From: a virus
Lineage: Duplodnaviria > Caudoviricetes
IMG/VR virus record: IMGVR_UViG_3300035183_000834
Coordinates: 1-49,165 of that record
Direction: 5' to 3' (one strand)
Length of the DNA: 49,165 nucleotides
Shown piece after piece: positions 25,634 through 35,959 of this stretch. The notes below the pieces were generated by a model. The model was not told where the DNA came from and made no database searches. It saw nothing but the letters and a program-made list of their open reading frames with translations. The translations under genes and the position numbers were made by a program. How positions within the stretch are numbered: position 1 is the stretch's first letter; every line of letters starts with the position of its first letter.

Positions 25634-26406
25634 AACCGCAAGCAGTGCTCAAGCTGGCCCCCGGCGCCATCGAGCTGGGGGCCAACAGCCGCATCGGAGA
25701 CGAGCAGATCGACCGCATGGTCTCGGATCTGCTCGCCGTCGGGGTGCAGTTGCAGCCGGTGGGCGTTGTCCGGCATGGCGGCGCCTACCGGCTGGTCTAC
25801 GGCCACCGCCGAACGAAGGCGATCACGCGCATTGCCGAGCGCGGCCTCGTGCCGGAAGGGCATTCGCTGCGCAGCGTCATGGCCGTGCTGCTGCCGCCGG
25901 GCACGGACGAACTGGCGGCGCAGATTGCGGAGAACAGCCACCGGCTGGAGTACTCGCCCCTTGAAGAGGCAGCGCTGGTTGCCCGCATGGAGCAATCAGG
26001 GCTGCCCTCCAAGCGCATTGCCGAACTGTTCGGGCGAAGCCCGGGCTGGGTATCGCAGCGCAAGGCGTTGCTGTCGCTGCCCGAGCCGGTACAGAAGCTG
26101 ATCGGGCACCGTCTCACCGTCTACCAGGCGTACCAGCTCACGCTGCTGAGCGACGCACAGCGCGAAGCGGAGATCCGCAAACTGCTGCGCGACGCGGACG
26201 GGAAGCCGCAGGAACGGCAGGAGTCGGCGCCGCGCCTGTCCGGGCATTTCAGCCGCACTGCAGTGATCCGCGAGTTGAGCACTGCAGTGCAGTCCCTGCC
26301 CAAGGGCGACGAGTGCCGCCGCATCGCGGAACTGGTTCTGCGCCTGCTTCATGGCGAGGTGGGAGCTGACAGGTTCATCCGCAGTCTGGAGCAATTGTTG
26401 GGCTGA
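25630..26406 (+). CDS. ParB-like protein with HTH
   Basis: GVQLQPVGV, LVYGHRRTKA, ENSHR, SPLEEA, IAELFGRSPGWVSQR. Confidence 0.85.
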   Translation: MKPQAVLKLAPGAIELGANSRIGDEQIDRMVSDLLAVGVQLQPVGVVRHGGAYRLVYGHRRTKAITRIAERGLVPEGHSLRSVMAVLLPPGTDELAAQIAENSHRLEYSPLEEAALVARMEQSGLPSKRIAELFGRSPGWVSQRKALLSLPEPVQKLIGHRLTVYQAYQLTLLSDAQREAEIRKLLRDADGKPQERQESAPRLSGHFSRTAVIRELSTAVQSLPKGDECRRIAELVLRLLHGEVGADRFIRSLEQLLG

Positions 26407-26484
26407 TTGAATGGGTGTGTATACAGATACCGGATCCGTTCACAGTCCGGACGCGGGATTCCCTGCATAGGATGAGGAGAGAAT

Positions 26485-28623
26485 ATGGCACAGTACCTGA
26501 CCTACCGCAACGGGCGGTTTGAATGGCTCGGAGGCTACGACACCAAACTCATACCCAAGGACGCCAAATTCATCTGGGATGTCGAGCGTCGCTGCTGGTG
26601 GACCGATGATCCGGCCAGGGCGGAGGCGCTCAAACAGTACTGCGACCCGAGCGCAGCCGAGGCGCTCAATGCCTGGTATCGCCACCAGCAGGCGGAACTC
26701 GACGCCAGCATGGCCACCGATGCCGACATCCATGTCCCCGCACCTCCCGGACTGGCCTACCTCGGCTATCAGAAAGCCGGCATTGCTTACGCGATGCGCC
26801 GCGAGGCCACGCTGCTGGCCGACGAAATGGGCCTGGGCAAAACCATCCAGGCCATCGGCGTCGCCAACGCCATGCCGGAACTGCGCCGCATCCTGGTTGT
26901 CTGCCCCGCATCGCTCAAGATCAACTGGGCGAGGGAGATGGACAAGTGGCTGGTCAACGAGCGCCTCACCATCGGCATCGTGCGCGGCAGCGAGTGGCCG
27001 CAAACCGACGTCGTCATCATCAACTATGACATCGTCGAACGCCATCTGCGCAACATCCATGGAATCAACTGGGATCTGTTGATCCTGGACGAGGCCCACT
27101 ATGTGAAAAACCCCGACGCCAAACGCACCCAGGCGATCATGGGCGTGAAGCGATGGAATCCCGACGCCCGGGAGTGGATCGTCATAAAACCCGCCATCGA
27201 TGCCCGGCGCCGGCTCGCACTGACTGGCACGCCGATCCTCAACCGGCCGCAGGAGATGTGGACGCTCGTGGATTTCTGCCTGCGCCATGTCCCGGTCTGG
27301 AAGCGCCCGCAGTACATGCGGAGCAAGAGCAAGTTTTGGGAACGCTACGCCGGCTACCGCGAGGGCTACCGGGGCTACTACGAGTTCACCGGGCCGCAGA
27401 ACCTGGACGAGCTGCGGCAGGAGTGCCGGCGGCTGTTCATGATCCGCCGTTTGAAATCGCAGGTGCTGACCGATCTGCCGCCCAAGATCCGCCAGGTGGT
27501 TCAGGTGCCCAGCGACGCCTACCGCGAGGTGATCGCACGCGAGTGGGCTGCGCAGAAGGCCAAAGCGGAACAACTTGCCCTGGCGCGGGCGAAGATGCTC
27601 TTCGCCAAGGCCGCGGGAACCGAGGAAGAGTACCGCGAGGCGGTGCGCGAGCTGCGCGAGGCCCAGGCCGTCGCGTTCGAGGAGATGAGCCGCGTGCGGC
27701 ACGAGGTGGGGCTGGCTACGCTGGGCGCCTCGGAGTCCATCATCGAGAGCATTCTCGACGGCGGCAAGAAAGTGGTTTTCTTCGCGCATCACCGCGACGT
27801 CATCGAGAAACTCAGCGACCTGTGCGCAGAGCATATCGGAAAAGACAAGGTGGTGGTGTTGTACGGGGGCATGAGCGAAAGCGCCAAAGACGCTGCGCGG
27901 GAACGGTTCCAGAGGGACAAGTCCGTGCAGGTGTTCGTCGGCTCCATCATGGCCGCCGGCGTGGGTCTGACCCTCACTGCCGCGTCGCATGTCGTGTTCC
28001 TCGAGCTGGACTGGGTGCCAGCCAACGTGGCGCAGGCTGAGGATCGGCTGCACCGCATCGGGCAGGAAGAGCCTGTGCTGGTGCAGCACCTGGTGCTCGA
28101 AGGCTCGCTTACGGCCCGCATGGCGCAAGTGGTGGTCGAGAAGCAGCGCACCATCGAGGAGGCCATGGACGGAGACTACAGCAATCCCTACGCGGGCGAG
28201 GTCGTCACTGCTGCGGATGCGGACAACCCCGGCGGCGTGGCAGTGAGCCGCGAGCGGATCCACAAGGAGGCGGAATCCTTGCCGGAGAGGCACGTCGTCC
28301 TGATCCGGTCTTTCATCCGCTACCTCGCTTCCGCCTGCGACTACGCCGGCAGACGGGACGACTGCGGTTTCAACAAGTACGATGCCGTCCTGGGACACCG
28401 ATTGGCGGGTATTCCCGATGAGCAGTTCACTCCGCGCGTGGCGGTGCTTGCCAAGGCGTTGTGCCGCAAGTACCATCGCCAGTTGATCGCGGAGTTTGGC
28501 AGCGACGCCTACGAAACGGTCTACGGCGCCCCCTCATCCGAACGCAAGAGGGTTCGCAATCCCCAGGGTCGCGACAGCGGAGATGATCCGGTGGAGGAGC
28601 TGTTCCGGCTGCAGTCCCTGTGA
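26485..28623 (+). CDS. SNF2-family helicase (SMARCAL1-like)
   Basis: LADEMGLGKT, DEAH, LTGTP, GVGLTLTAA, QAEDRLHRIGQ. Confidence 0.93.
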   Translation: MAQYLTYRNGRFEWLGGYDTKLIPKDAKFIWDVERRCWWTDDPARAEALKQYCDPSAAEALNAWYRHQQAELDASMATDADIHVPAPPGLAYLGYQKAGIAYAMRREATLLADEMGLGKTIQAIGVANAMPELRRILVVCPASLKINWAREMDKWLVNERLTIGIVRGSEWPQTDVVIINYDIVERHLRNIHGINWDLLILDEAHYVKNPDAKRTQAIMGVKRWNPDAREWIVIKPAIDARRRLALTGTPILNRPQEMWTLVDFCLRHVPVWKRPQYMRSKSKFWERYAGYREGYRGYYEFTGPQNLDELRQECRRLFMIRRLKSQVLTDLPPKIRQVVQVPSDAYREVIAREWAAQKAKAEQLALARAKMLFAKAAGTEEEYREAVRELREAQAVAFEEMSRVRHEVGLATLGASESIIESILDGGKKVVFFAHHRDVIEKLSDLCAEHIGKDKVVVLYGGMSESAKDAARERFQRDKSVQVFVGSIMAAGVGLTLTAASHVVFLELDWVPANVAQAEDRLHRIGQEEPVLVQHLVLEGSLTARMAQVVVEKQRTIEEAMDGDYSNPYAGEVVTAADADNPGGVAVSRERIHKEAESLPERHVVLIRSFIRYLASACDYAGRRDDCGFNKYDAVLGHRLAGIPDEQFTPRVAVLAKALCRKYHRQLIAEFGSDAYETVYGAPSSERKRVRNPQGRDSGDDPVEELFRLQSL

Positions 28624-28680
28624 CCGGGCGCCTTGCGGAGCGCATCCGCCGCAGCAGAGGCGCGCCCGGAGGATGTCGAG

Positions 28681-28869
28681 TCAGCCGGAGCAGACATAAA
28701 CCACTCGCCCCTGCGGATCCAGCACTCGCACGGTCCTGCCTTGTGCTGCCAGCTGCCACGCCCGGGCCACCGCCGGTTCCAGGGACGGATACTCGCCATC
28801 GTCGTACCAATGCTCGCGGTAGAGGCATCGGTACTGCACCAGCCACCACTGCTGCGGCGCGAAGTACAT
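28681..28869 (-). CDS. Small hypothetical protein
   Basis: 62 aa, protein-like composition, downstream of the large minus-strand gene. Confidence 0.5.
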   Translation of the reverse strand: MYFAPQQWWLVQYRCLYREHWYDDGEYPSLEPAVARAWQLAAQGRTVRVLDPQGRVVYVCSG

Positions 28870-28971
28870 GGCTTGCCATGCAGGCTGGACAGCCGTTTCG
28901 GCGCCTGTCGGCCTGCTGCTCCCGCCCGGACGCGCCAGGCGGGATCACAACGCTGTGATGATGCTACATGA

Positions 28972-30825
28972 TCACGCCGCCGGTTGTCCAGATCCTGCGC
29001 TGCGCCGCTTGCGCTGCGTGGACTGGGCCGCCGCCGCTTCCGCCGCCTCCTCCGCAGCCCAGATCTGATCCGCAGTAAAGAACTCGTGCAGGAACTGGTT
29101 CCAGCGCTCGGGAGCTTTGCTGACCACGTCCCAGATCGGCGGGAACGTCTTGATCAGGGTGCCGACAACCTGCTCGCCATACTGGAGCACGCTGTCATAC
29201 ACGATCCGTCCCTGCGCCTGCTCGCCGAACATCCCGGCGTCGGTCAGCTCGATAAGGCGTGCAGCGAAATCGGCTCCGCTCTCGCCGTCGGAGAACGACT
29301 GGAGAAGCGGACGGCGGATCATGCCGAGGAACTGGTGGAACTGTGTCATGGTTGTGTCTCCCTGTGGTGTCGGCGGCTGCGGCTGTCCCTCCGGAGCCGC
29401 ACCCGGCTGCACCGCCCCGGCGGGCGGAACGACGCCGGCGGGCATGGATGCTGGCGGGACCGGCTGTCCCTGCCCTGTTTTCGCCACCGCCATATTGTAC
29501 ATCGCACCTGCGATGACGGTTCCCAGAATTGACAGGCCCTGCACGATCTGCGGAATGTAGTCGGTCCACGATGATTTTGGCGACGGCTGATCCTCGATGC
29601 CCAGCAGGTCGCGCAGCTTCTCCTTCACGCCGGAGAGTTCCTCTAGGCTCTGCATCAGCGACTTCGGCTGCTGATCCTGGCTCGCCGGCTCTGTTTGCGG
29701 CTGCGCTGCGCTGCGGGCAAGCATCGTTTCCATGGCACGGATTCGCTCTTCCTGGATCTGAAACACGCGGTCGATGTACTGCTTGTCGCGTTCCATCATC
29801 AGCGCAAGCACGCGCTCCATGTCCGACTGCGGTTTCTCCGGGATCATCTCGCGGATCACCTGCATGGTCTCCTTGAGCACTGCCGTAGGATTCTGCGCTG
29901 TCGGCTGAATCTTCAGGGCCTGCTCGACGCCCTTGTTCATTATCTGGGCGGCGCCTTCCGTTGCTGCCTTGATGACTTCCAGACTGCGGGCCGCAATGTC
30001 GGCGTCGCTGGCTGCGCCGCGGCTTTTCTCCACCTCGGCGCGCTTCGCTTTTTCCTCGGCTACGGCCAGCATTCTGTCCGTCATGCGGTTGACAGTGCTT
30101 GCCAGCTCTTTGACTGCTTCCACGTTCGCCATGTCGTCCTCGTTCTCCTTCCTGCTTCTGAAACCCTCGTCCCCCGGAACCTGGATGCCCTGGCTCCGAC
30201 ACCATGTGATGTAGCTCTGGTTTAGCGGATCTGTGACCTCCAGGTGGTCGAGATCGAGTACCGGGCGGTGCTGCGAAAGATCCCGGCCACCCAGATTGCG
30301 TATCGTGCAGGTGGTCACATTGGAGAGTCCCATGTCCGAATCGTTCAGCTTGAGGTGGTAGTCGCCGGCGCCGTACATTCTGAGCAGATCGTCTTGCGAG
30401 ACATACTCGTAGAGCTTGTCTACCTGACGGTGCCCCTGTTTCATGACGGGCCAGATCCGGTAGAGGTAAACCACGACGCGGTCGTGGTACTCCGGCTTTT
30501 CCATCAGGCTGCGCCAGTAGTCGAAGAATTTCGCCGGCTTGACTCGGGCGTCCGTAGTGTCATCGCGGAAGTGGCGCGTGATCGGCTTCGGCAGCGGTTT
30601 GATCAACACTTTCGGGGGCCGCTTCTTCCGCTCCTTCGGCGAAGCCGGCACTCGCACAGCACGCTGCGGCTCCGTTTCAGGCTCCCGATCCTCGGGAGCC
30701 GCTTCGTCCCGCAACTCCTGCTCGATCAGCTCCGCTTCCGTCTGCCGCTGTTGTTCCAGATACTCCTCCAGCGCCTGATCTTCAGGTGCGGGAGGCACGG
30801 GCTTGATTTCGTCTGCACCAGCCAT
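28972..30825 (-). CDS. Large hypothetical protein with coiled coil and one hydrophobic segment
   Basis: 617 aa, GGAGG SD, divergent from the structural operon. Confidence 0.8.
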   Translation of the reverse strand: MAGADEIKPVPPAPEDQALEEYLEQQRQTEAELIEQELRDEAAPEDREPETEPQRAVRVPASPKERKKRPPKVLIKPLPKPITRHFRDDTTDARVKPAKFFDYWRSLMEKPEYHDRVVVYLYRIWPVMKQGHRQVDKLYEYVSQDDLLRMYGAGDYHLKLNDSDMGLSNVTTCTIRNLGGRDLSQHRPVLDLDHLEVTDPLNQSYITWCRSQGIQVPGDEGFRSRKENEDDMANVEAVKELASTVNRMTDRMLAVAEEKAKRAEVEKSRGAASDADIAARSLEVIKAATEGAAQIMNKGVEQALKIQPTAQNPTAVLKETMQVIREMIPEKPQSDMERVLALMMERDKQYIDRVFQIQEERIRAMETMLARSAAQPQTEPASQDQQPKSLMQSLEELSGVKEKLRDLLGIEDQPSPKSSWTDYIPQIVQGLSILGTVIAGAMYNMAVAKTGQGQPVPPASMPAGVVPPAGAVQPGAAPEGQPQPPTPQGDTTMTQFHQFLGMIRRPLLQSFSDGESGADFAARLIELTDAGMFGEQAQGRIVYDSVLQYGEQVVGTLIKTFPPIWDVVSKAPERWNQFLHEFFTADQIWAAEEAAEAAAAQSTQRKRRSAGSGQPAA

Positions 30826-31055
30826 TTACCCTCCATCGGCGCAGATGTGCGCAGATCGAGTCTATCACAGGGCGAAGAACATTGAGACGGAGGGATTGAC
30901 ATCATGCTTGACATCGGCGCCATAGGAACATTTCCGGACAGGAATGTTTCTGCGGGAAATCAACAACTTGCAAAGGCCGTCCGCTGCCCCGTAGTTGCAT
31001 AAGATATAAGTATCATATTGCACTGCGATTTCCGCTGTGGGACTATGCCCGCAGC

Positions 31056-31703
31056 GTGAACCAATCCTTCCTGCATCCGGTTTTGGGCGCAGTGAACGTC
31101 CGCGCCGACACGGTGCCCGACGGGGGAGACGGGCAGACGGCTGCGGTGATCCGCCTGATGACGGAATACGCCGTCCAGGACAGCCGCAGCGCCGCAGTCC
31201 AGGACGCAGTGCGCGAGGCGCAGGTCGCCTACCCCGGACTGTCGCCCGAAGAGCAGATCTTTTATTACGTCCGGGGCCGCGTCCGGTTTGTCGAGGACGA
31301 GGTGACGGCCCTGCCGCTCCAGACCTGGTATCAGGAGCCGATAGTCGAAGCGCTGATCCGCCCGGCGGATCTTCTCGCACAGCGTCCTGTGGCCCAGGGC
31401 GACTGCGACGACTTCTCCATGCTCGTCGCGGCGATGCTGCTCGCGCAGGGCATTCCCTGCTCCTACGTCACTGTCGCCGCCGATCCGAGGGATCCCGGCC
31501 AGTTCAGCCACGTCTACGTTGCGAGCTACCGCAACGGCAAGAGGGTCCCCATCGACGCCAGCCACGGCGAGTATCCGGGCTGGGAAGCCAGGTCGCCGTA
31601 CCGCAGGACGGAGTGGCCCGTGGCTGACGAGGAGATGATTCGAAACAGAGCGCTGGCGCTGGCAATTGCGCTGGCGGCAGGAGTGTACATCCTATGCAGG
31701 TAG
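31056..31703 (+). CDS. Transglutaminase-like Cys protease with C-terminal TM, putative maturation protease
   Basis: GDCDD ... SHVY ... PIDAS Cys-His-Asp triad; first gene of the structural operon. Confidence 0.8.
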   Translation: MNQSFLHPVLGAVNVRADTVPDGGDGQTAAVIRLMTEYAVQDSRSAAVQDAVREAQVAYPGLSPEEQIFYYVRGRVRFVEDEVTALPLQTWYQEPIVEALIRPADLLAQRPVAQGDCDDFSMLVAAMLLAQGIPCSYVTVAADPRDPGQFSHVYVASYRNGKRVPIDASHGEYPGWEARSPYRRTEWPVADEEMIRNRALALAIALAAGVYILCR

Positions 31704-32026
31704 CGACTCCGGGTTGTGCCACTTGCCCCGTCATGCCGGTCTCCGGCCTGGGCGACTGGTCACAGACTATCCAGGACATGCTTACGAGCTGGTCGAAGGC
31801 CGGGCAGCAGATCCTGCTCAATCTCAACCAGCCGAAAGTGTACGAGTCCACGCCAACGGGTACGACAGTGTATGCCACAGGAACCAGCGGGGCTTTGGGT
31901 CCGGTAGGCTCGCAGCGCACCGTGACCCCGGCGGAAAACGTGGTCGGGCAAATCTCCACCACGACGCTCCTGGTGGTTGGCGGAATCGTCATCGTCGCAA
32001 TGATGATGTTCAGAAAGGAAGAATGA
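31694..32026 (+). CDS. Putative virion membrane protein
   Basis: SGLGD motif; C-terminal TM followed by RK. Confidence 0.7.
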   Translation: MQVATPGCATCPVMPVSGLGDWSQTIQDMLTSWSKAGQQILLNLNQPKVYESTPTGTTVYATGTSGALGPVGSQRTVTPAENVVGQISTTTLLVVGGIVIVAMMMFRKEE

Positions 32027-32364
32027 GAATGCCACTGAGGGTAAAGAACATCGAGCAGGGATTCACGGATTCGCAGGGGAGATTCCATCCGATCCGTGCA
32101 TCGAGCGACTACGACCCCGTCCGGGCCGGCGACAATCTGCCTCCGGAATTGAAGAAGAAATTTGCCAGATCCGGCAGGAAGAAGGCAACCAAGAAAGCTG
32201 CGACGAAAGCCGTGAAGAAAGCTGCGAAGAAAACTGTCGCTCGCGGTGCGGTCAGATTGTCCAGCCGGAAGCAGAGGAAACGGAATCCGATCCCTGTCGA
32301 CCGCTACATCAAGGCCAGGGTCAAACGCACCCGCAGCGGCGACATCAAGATCATGATTGGCTGA
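32023..32364 (+). CDS. Basic histone-like putative core protein
   Basis: KKATKKAATKAVKKAAKK; RKRNP. Confidence 0.65.
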   Translation: MRMPLRVKNIEQGFTDSQGRFHPIRASSDYDPVRAGDNLPPELKKKFARSGRKKATKKAATKAVKKAAKKTVARGAVRLSSRKQRKRNPIPVDRYIKARVKRTRSGDIKIMIG

Positions 32365-32366
32365 CA

Positions 32367-33221
32367 ATGACGCTGACCAATCCAGTTCTGGCTCCGCACG
32401 CTCCTCCGGCTCCGCTGCGCCACGCGAAGCCGGGGCGGGATCCCCGCTCCGGCTCCGTGCGGCGCGGCGTAGGGCAATACACCCCGGACATCAATGACGT
32501 GGTCATGCCGGAAGAGTATGGAGGATCCGGCATCAGCTGGAGCAGCGCAGCAACCAGTTACGGCACAAGCGTCGCCACTGCGGCTGCTTCCGGGCAGAAC
32601 GTAGGGCAGGCTGCTGTTCTCGGCGGCGTGGCAACTGCGGGCCAGATCATGTCGGGCTTGACCTCTGCGGCCTGGGCCGTGCCTGTGATCGGCGCTGCCG
32701 TGGCCGGCGTCACGTTCTGGCTGTCTTCGATCTTCAGGCGGAACGCGCAGAAGAAAGCGGCCACTCAGATCGTGAACCAGATCGAGCCGAAACTGCAGGA
32801 GAATCTGCAGGCCTATTATTCCGGGCCGCGTACGAGGGAAAGCCAGGCGCAGGCGCTGCACAACTTCGATGCGGCATGGGAGGCGATGAGGCAGGCCTGT
32901 GCGAACTCGCAGTTGGGCGACGCCGGCCGCCGCTGCATCTCGGACCGGGATCGCGGCGCCTGCGTGTGGAAGGCGCGCTGTTCCCGCCGCATCGACGGCG
33001 TCTGCGTGGATTACGAGCTGGATCCGGCGGGCGAGTGCTGGAACTGGTTTGTCGGCTACCGCGATCCGATTGAGAAGGATCCGATGCCGGCGATGCTGGC
33101 GCAAAGCCGCAGTGCGTTGCCGGGCGTCGCGGATTCCCTGTCGTCCGGCGACAGCTCGCTGTTGCTGCTGGCAGGCGCTGGGCTGATCCTGTACTCGCTG
33201 CTGTCAGCGAAAGGAGACTGA
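32367..33221 (+). CDS. Putative virion membrane protein with Cys-rich domain
   Basis: Internal hydrophobic helices, six Cys, C-terminal TM. Confidence 0.7.
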   Translation: MTLTNPVLAPHAPPAPLRHAKPGRDPRSGSVRRGVGQYTPDINDVVMPEEYGGSGISWSSAATSYGTSVATAAASGQNVGQAAVLGGVATAGQIMSGLTSAAWAVPVIGAAVAGVTFWLSSIFRRNAQKKAATQIVNQIEPKLQENLQAYYSGPRTRESQAQALHNFDAAWEAMRQACANSQLGDAGRRCISDRDRGACVWKARCSRRIDGVCVDYELDPAGECWNWFVGYRDPIEKDPMPAMLAQSRSALPGVADSLSSGDSSLLLLAGAGLILYSLLSAKGD

Positions 33222-33223
33222 CC

Positions 33224-33508
33224 ATGGCGATGATTCACCTCGGTTCTACGGATTGCCAATGCATCGCGCCGCCATGCCAGTGCGACATGAAGCTCGTCTA
33301 CGATCCGGGCGAGTGCCCGCTGGGGACGAAAGCGGAGATCTACCACTCGCAGTCCGCGCCGGGCACGGCAGCGGCTACGGTTGTCCAGTACCAGTGCGTG
33401 CCGACATCTCCGGTCCTGGCCGGATTCGGCATCACGCCGAGGTGGCTTCTCATCGGCGGCTTGGCGTTGGCCGCGATCTGGTTTTTCAGCGGCGGAAAGG
33501 AGGGCTGA
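33224..33508 (+). CDS. Small Cys-rich tail-anchored membrane protein
   Basis: HLGS motif, CQC...CQC, C-terminal TM. Confidence 0.7.
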   Translation: MAMIHLGSTDCQCIAPPCQCDMKLVYDPGECPLGTKAEIYHSQSAPGTAAATVVQYQCVPTSPVLAGFGITPRWLLIGGLALAAIWFFSGGKEG

Positions 33509-35091
33509 TGCAGCTGCCAGTGCAAGGGAAGTTTGAAGAGGCCCCGGGCTGGGCGCTGCGTCCGGCATGGGGCCAGCAGTACGGGCGCAGCGATGGCGGG
33601 CGTCCTGAATGGGGCCAGAAGTATGGCCGCAGCCAGACTGCGGCTGCGCTGCGGCCCGACAGCCCGTGGTCCCGGCAGAACCGCAGTCCGCAGTGGGGCC
33701 GCCAGCGGATGCCCGAAGTGCGCAGATACCTGCGCGGGCTGGGCGGTGCGATTCCGTCGATGATGTCAGAGCCGGATTACGCGCAGGCCGCGTCGGATGC
33801 GAATTACTACTTCAATGTGTTCTTTCCGCGCTACAGCAATCAGTACTGGCAGCAGTCGAAAGACTTCGCCGACGCGGTTATCGCCGACCTCCAGTCGAGA
33901 GGCTACGAGCTGAGGAATCTGACTCTGGCCTGCGCTTCGTCGGACTGCTTCCCGGCCATGTACGGGTTCGTGATGGTCAAGGATGGGCGGTCCATGGAGG
34001 CGAGCGCCGGGAATCCGATCCGGTTCAACAGTCCGAGGGAAGAGGCGGATTTCCTCGACGCGGCGTTCGGCGGCAGCAGCAGCAGTCCCTATTGGATCGG
34101 TGGGCCTATGTCAGTGTCTGAAGGGGACATCGGAACGCTCATCGCCAATACGACTGTCACAAGCGTGGTTGCGGGGGATCCGGTATCTCCGCAGAGTTGC
34201 GGAGCGCTGATCGTCACCGCCAGCGGACCGCTCAAGGTGATCGGAGGGATGCTGCGAGGTGCGGCAATCGGCATCCGCCTCACGCACCTGGAGAGCGGAA
34301 CGAGCTACCCGGCGAACGGAGACATCTTCTGGGGGGGAACCCTTGCCGACAGACAGAACTCCCTCAACCCTCCGTCCTACGCAACAGATTCTTTCCTCCT
34401 GACACCGCTGACGAATCCCGGAAACTACAAGGTGGAGGTCTACCTCGGGTATCCGCCGCATGTTGCCGGGCAGCTCAAAGGCACCTATTATCTCAACGTG
34501 CCGCAGAGCAAGTGCACCAGCAGCTACTACCCGTCATCAAACCAGACGGCCAACACCGCAACAACGACGCAGGCGGCCAACACCGCCACCACGACCACCT
34601 ACCGCCGCGACGTGCAACTGCTCGCGCCGGACGGCTACCGCGCCGGCGGCAGGTTCACGCTGAAGGTTTGGGGCGCTCCGAACCAGGCGGTGGAAATCGC
34701 TGCGTGGCAGAACTCGCTCAGCCATGGGCGAACGGCGTACGGAACTACGGATTCCTCCGGCTACTTCGAAATCAGCGGCGTCTGGGCGCCGGAGCACGCC
34801 GGGCGCTGGCAGGAGGACATCTACGTCGGCGGCGAGCGGGTCGGCAGGCTGGACTTCGAGATCGCTGCGCCGCAGCAGACGAAACCGGCGGCGGACACGG
34901 TGGTGATCCTGCCTCCGGCCAACCAGCCGCCGCAGCCGGGGTCGGGCGCCTCTGTCGAAACTCCGTCTGACGGGACAGGCAGTGGAAGCGGAGACGTGGA
35001 GCCGTCGAGGCAAGCCGGATTCCCCATCTCGACGACAGTGCTTCTTGTCGGTGCGGCGGCGCTGGTGTTTCTTCTGGGAGGCAAGAAATGA
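33508..35091 (+). CDS. Large multi-domain tail-anchored protein, putative spike/adhesin
   Basis: N-terminal WGQxYGRS repeats then RGLGG, beta-rich domains, T/P linkers, C-terminal TM+KK. Confidence 0.7.
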   Translation: MQLPVQGKFEEAPGWALRPAWGQQYGRSDGGRPEWGQKYGRSQTAAALRPDSPWSRQNRSPQWGRQRMPEVRRYLRGLGGAIPSMMSEPDYAQAASDANYYFNVFFPRYSNQYWQQSKDFADAVIADLQSRGYELRNLTLACASSDCFPAMYGFVMVKDGRSMEASAGNPIRFNSPREEADFLDAAFGGSSSSPYWIGGPMSVSEGDIGTLIANTTVTSVVAGDPVSPQSCGALIVTASGPLKVIGGMLRGAAIGIRLTHLESGTSYPANGDIFWGGTLADRQNSLNPPSYATDSFLLTPLTNPGNYKVEVYLGYPPHVAGQLKGTYYLNVPQSKCTSSYYPSSNQTANTATTTQAANTATTTTYRRDVQLLAPDGYRAGGRFTLKVWGAPNQAVEIAAWQNSLSHGRTAYGTTDSSGYFEISGVWAPEHAGRWQEDIYVGGERVGRLDFEIAAPQQTKPAADTVVILPPANQPPQPGSGASVETPSDGTGSGSGDVEPSRQAGFPISTTVLLVGAAALVFLLGGKK

Positions 35092-35264
35092 CAGTGCAAC
35101 CCGGATCGATTGGGCAGCCAGTTGTGCCGCCGCCCGGGCAGCAGGACATGGCGATGGTCTACGGCCAATTGTTTGTGTTGGGATTCATCGCCTGGATCTT
35201 CTGGACCGTGTTTGTCGGCAGTGACAAGCCGCAATCGCGGTCCGGATTCGAAAAGGAGCGGTGA
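35088..35264 (+). CDS. Small membrane protein (58 aa, below the ORF-track cutoff)
   Basis: MTVQPGSIG...LFVLGFIAWIFWTVFVG; overlaps both neighbours at start/stop. Confidence 0.6.
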   Translation: MTVQPGSIGQPVVPPPGQQDMAMVYGQLFVLGFIAWIFWTVFVGSDKPQSRSGFEKER

Positions 35265-35776
35265 TGGAAGAGGGGAAGCTCGACTGGATGAAATACATCC
35301 TCATCGGACTGGGCGTGTTGCTCGTGTTCCAGTGGCTTCGCGGGCATTACAGAAGGCCACCCGAACTGGCTGCCGGGGGGCAGCCGCAGCAACCGCAGCC
35401 GCAGCCGCAGAGCGCATCGCCGCAGCTGCAGCAACAGCCGCAGAGCACATCGACAACGCCGATTCCGGAGAGTACCGGCACGCCGCCGCCGGACGACGTT
35501 CTCAAGCAGGCGGCGCTGGATCCATCCAAGGCGTCGCTCGCAGGCGGGTGGCGCTTCAGTTGGCATGCCTGGAATTACTACCGGGCGCAGGCGGCCATCG
35601 AGGCCGGTTTGTGCTCGCCTCCGTGTTCGGAGTACGCGCCGGTGCTCGGCGAGCGCTTCGGGCTGACTGACTCGCAAGGCATCACGGCTGGGGAGTACCA
35701 CGCATATCTGGCGCAGGCCGGCATGGGCCGCCTGTTCTGGGGCCGCAATGCCATGCATAGCAGCTGGAGGATGTGA
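35264..35776 (+). CDS. Membrane protein with N-terminal TM and Q/P linker
   Basis: AAGGAG SD; YILIGLGVLLVFQWL. Confidence 0.7.
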   Translation: MEEGKLDWMKYILIGLGVLLVFQWLRGHYRRPPELAAGGQPQQPQPQPQSASPQLQQQPQSTSTTPIPESTGTPPPDDVLKQAALDPSKASLAGGWRFSWHAWNYYRAQAAIEAGLCSPPCSEYAPVLGERFGLTDSQGITAGEYHAYLAQAGMGRLFWGRNAMHSSWRM

Positions 35777-35779
35777 GCG

Positions 35780-35959
35780 ATGATGTGCTCCACGGAACCG
35801 GGATTTGTCAGCAGCACCCTGGACTGGGACGCCTACATGCAAACACAGCAAGGTCCGCAGGAGACTGAGCAGACGGAGCGGAAAATCCCGTCCTGGGTCT
35901 GGATCGCCGGCGCATTGGCATTGATGCTTGCGCTCGGGCGCGAGGGGGAACAGCAATGA
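35780..35959 (+). CDS. Small membrane protein (59 aa, below the ORF-track cutoff)
   Basis: GGAGG SD; IPSWVWIAGALALMLALG. Confidence 0.6.
   Translation: MMCSTEPGFVSSTLDWDAYMQTQQGPQETEQTERKIPSWVWIAGALALMLALGREGEQQ

Noticed and set aside
31624-31660. Sixth hammerhead-like match CTGACGA...GAAAC in the protease gene
   Set aside because: Stem II is only 3 weak pairs, and there is no correctly placed UH cleavage site or stem I
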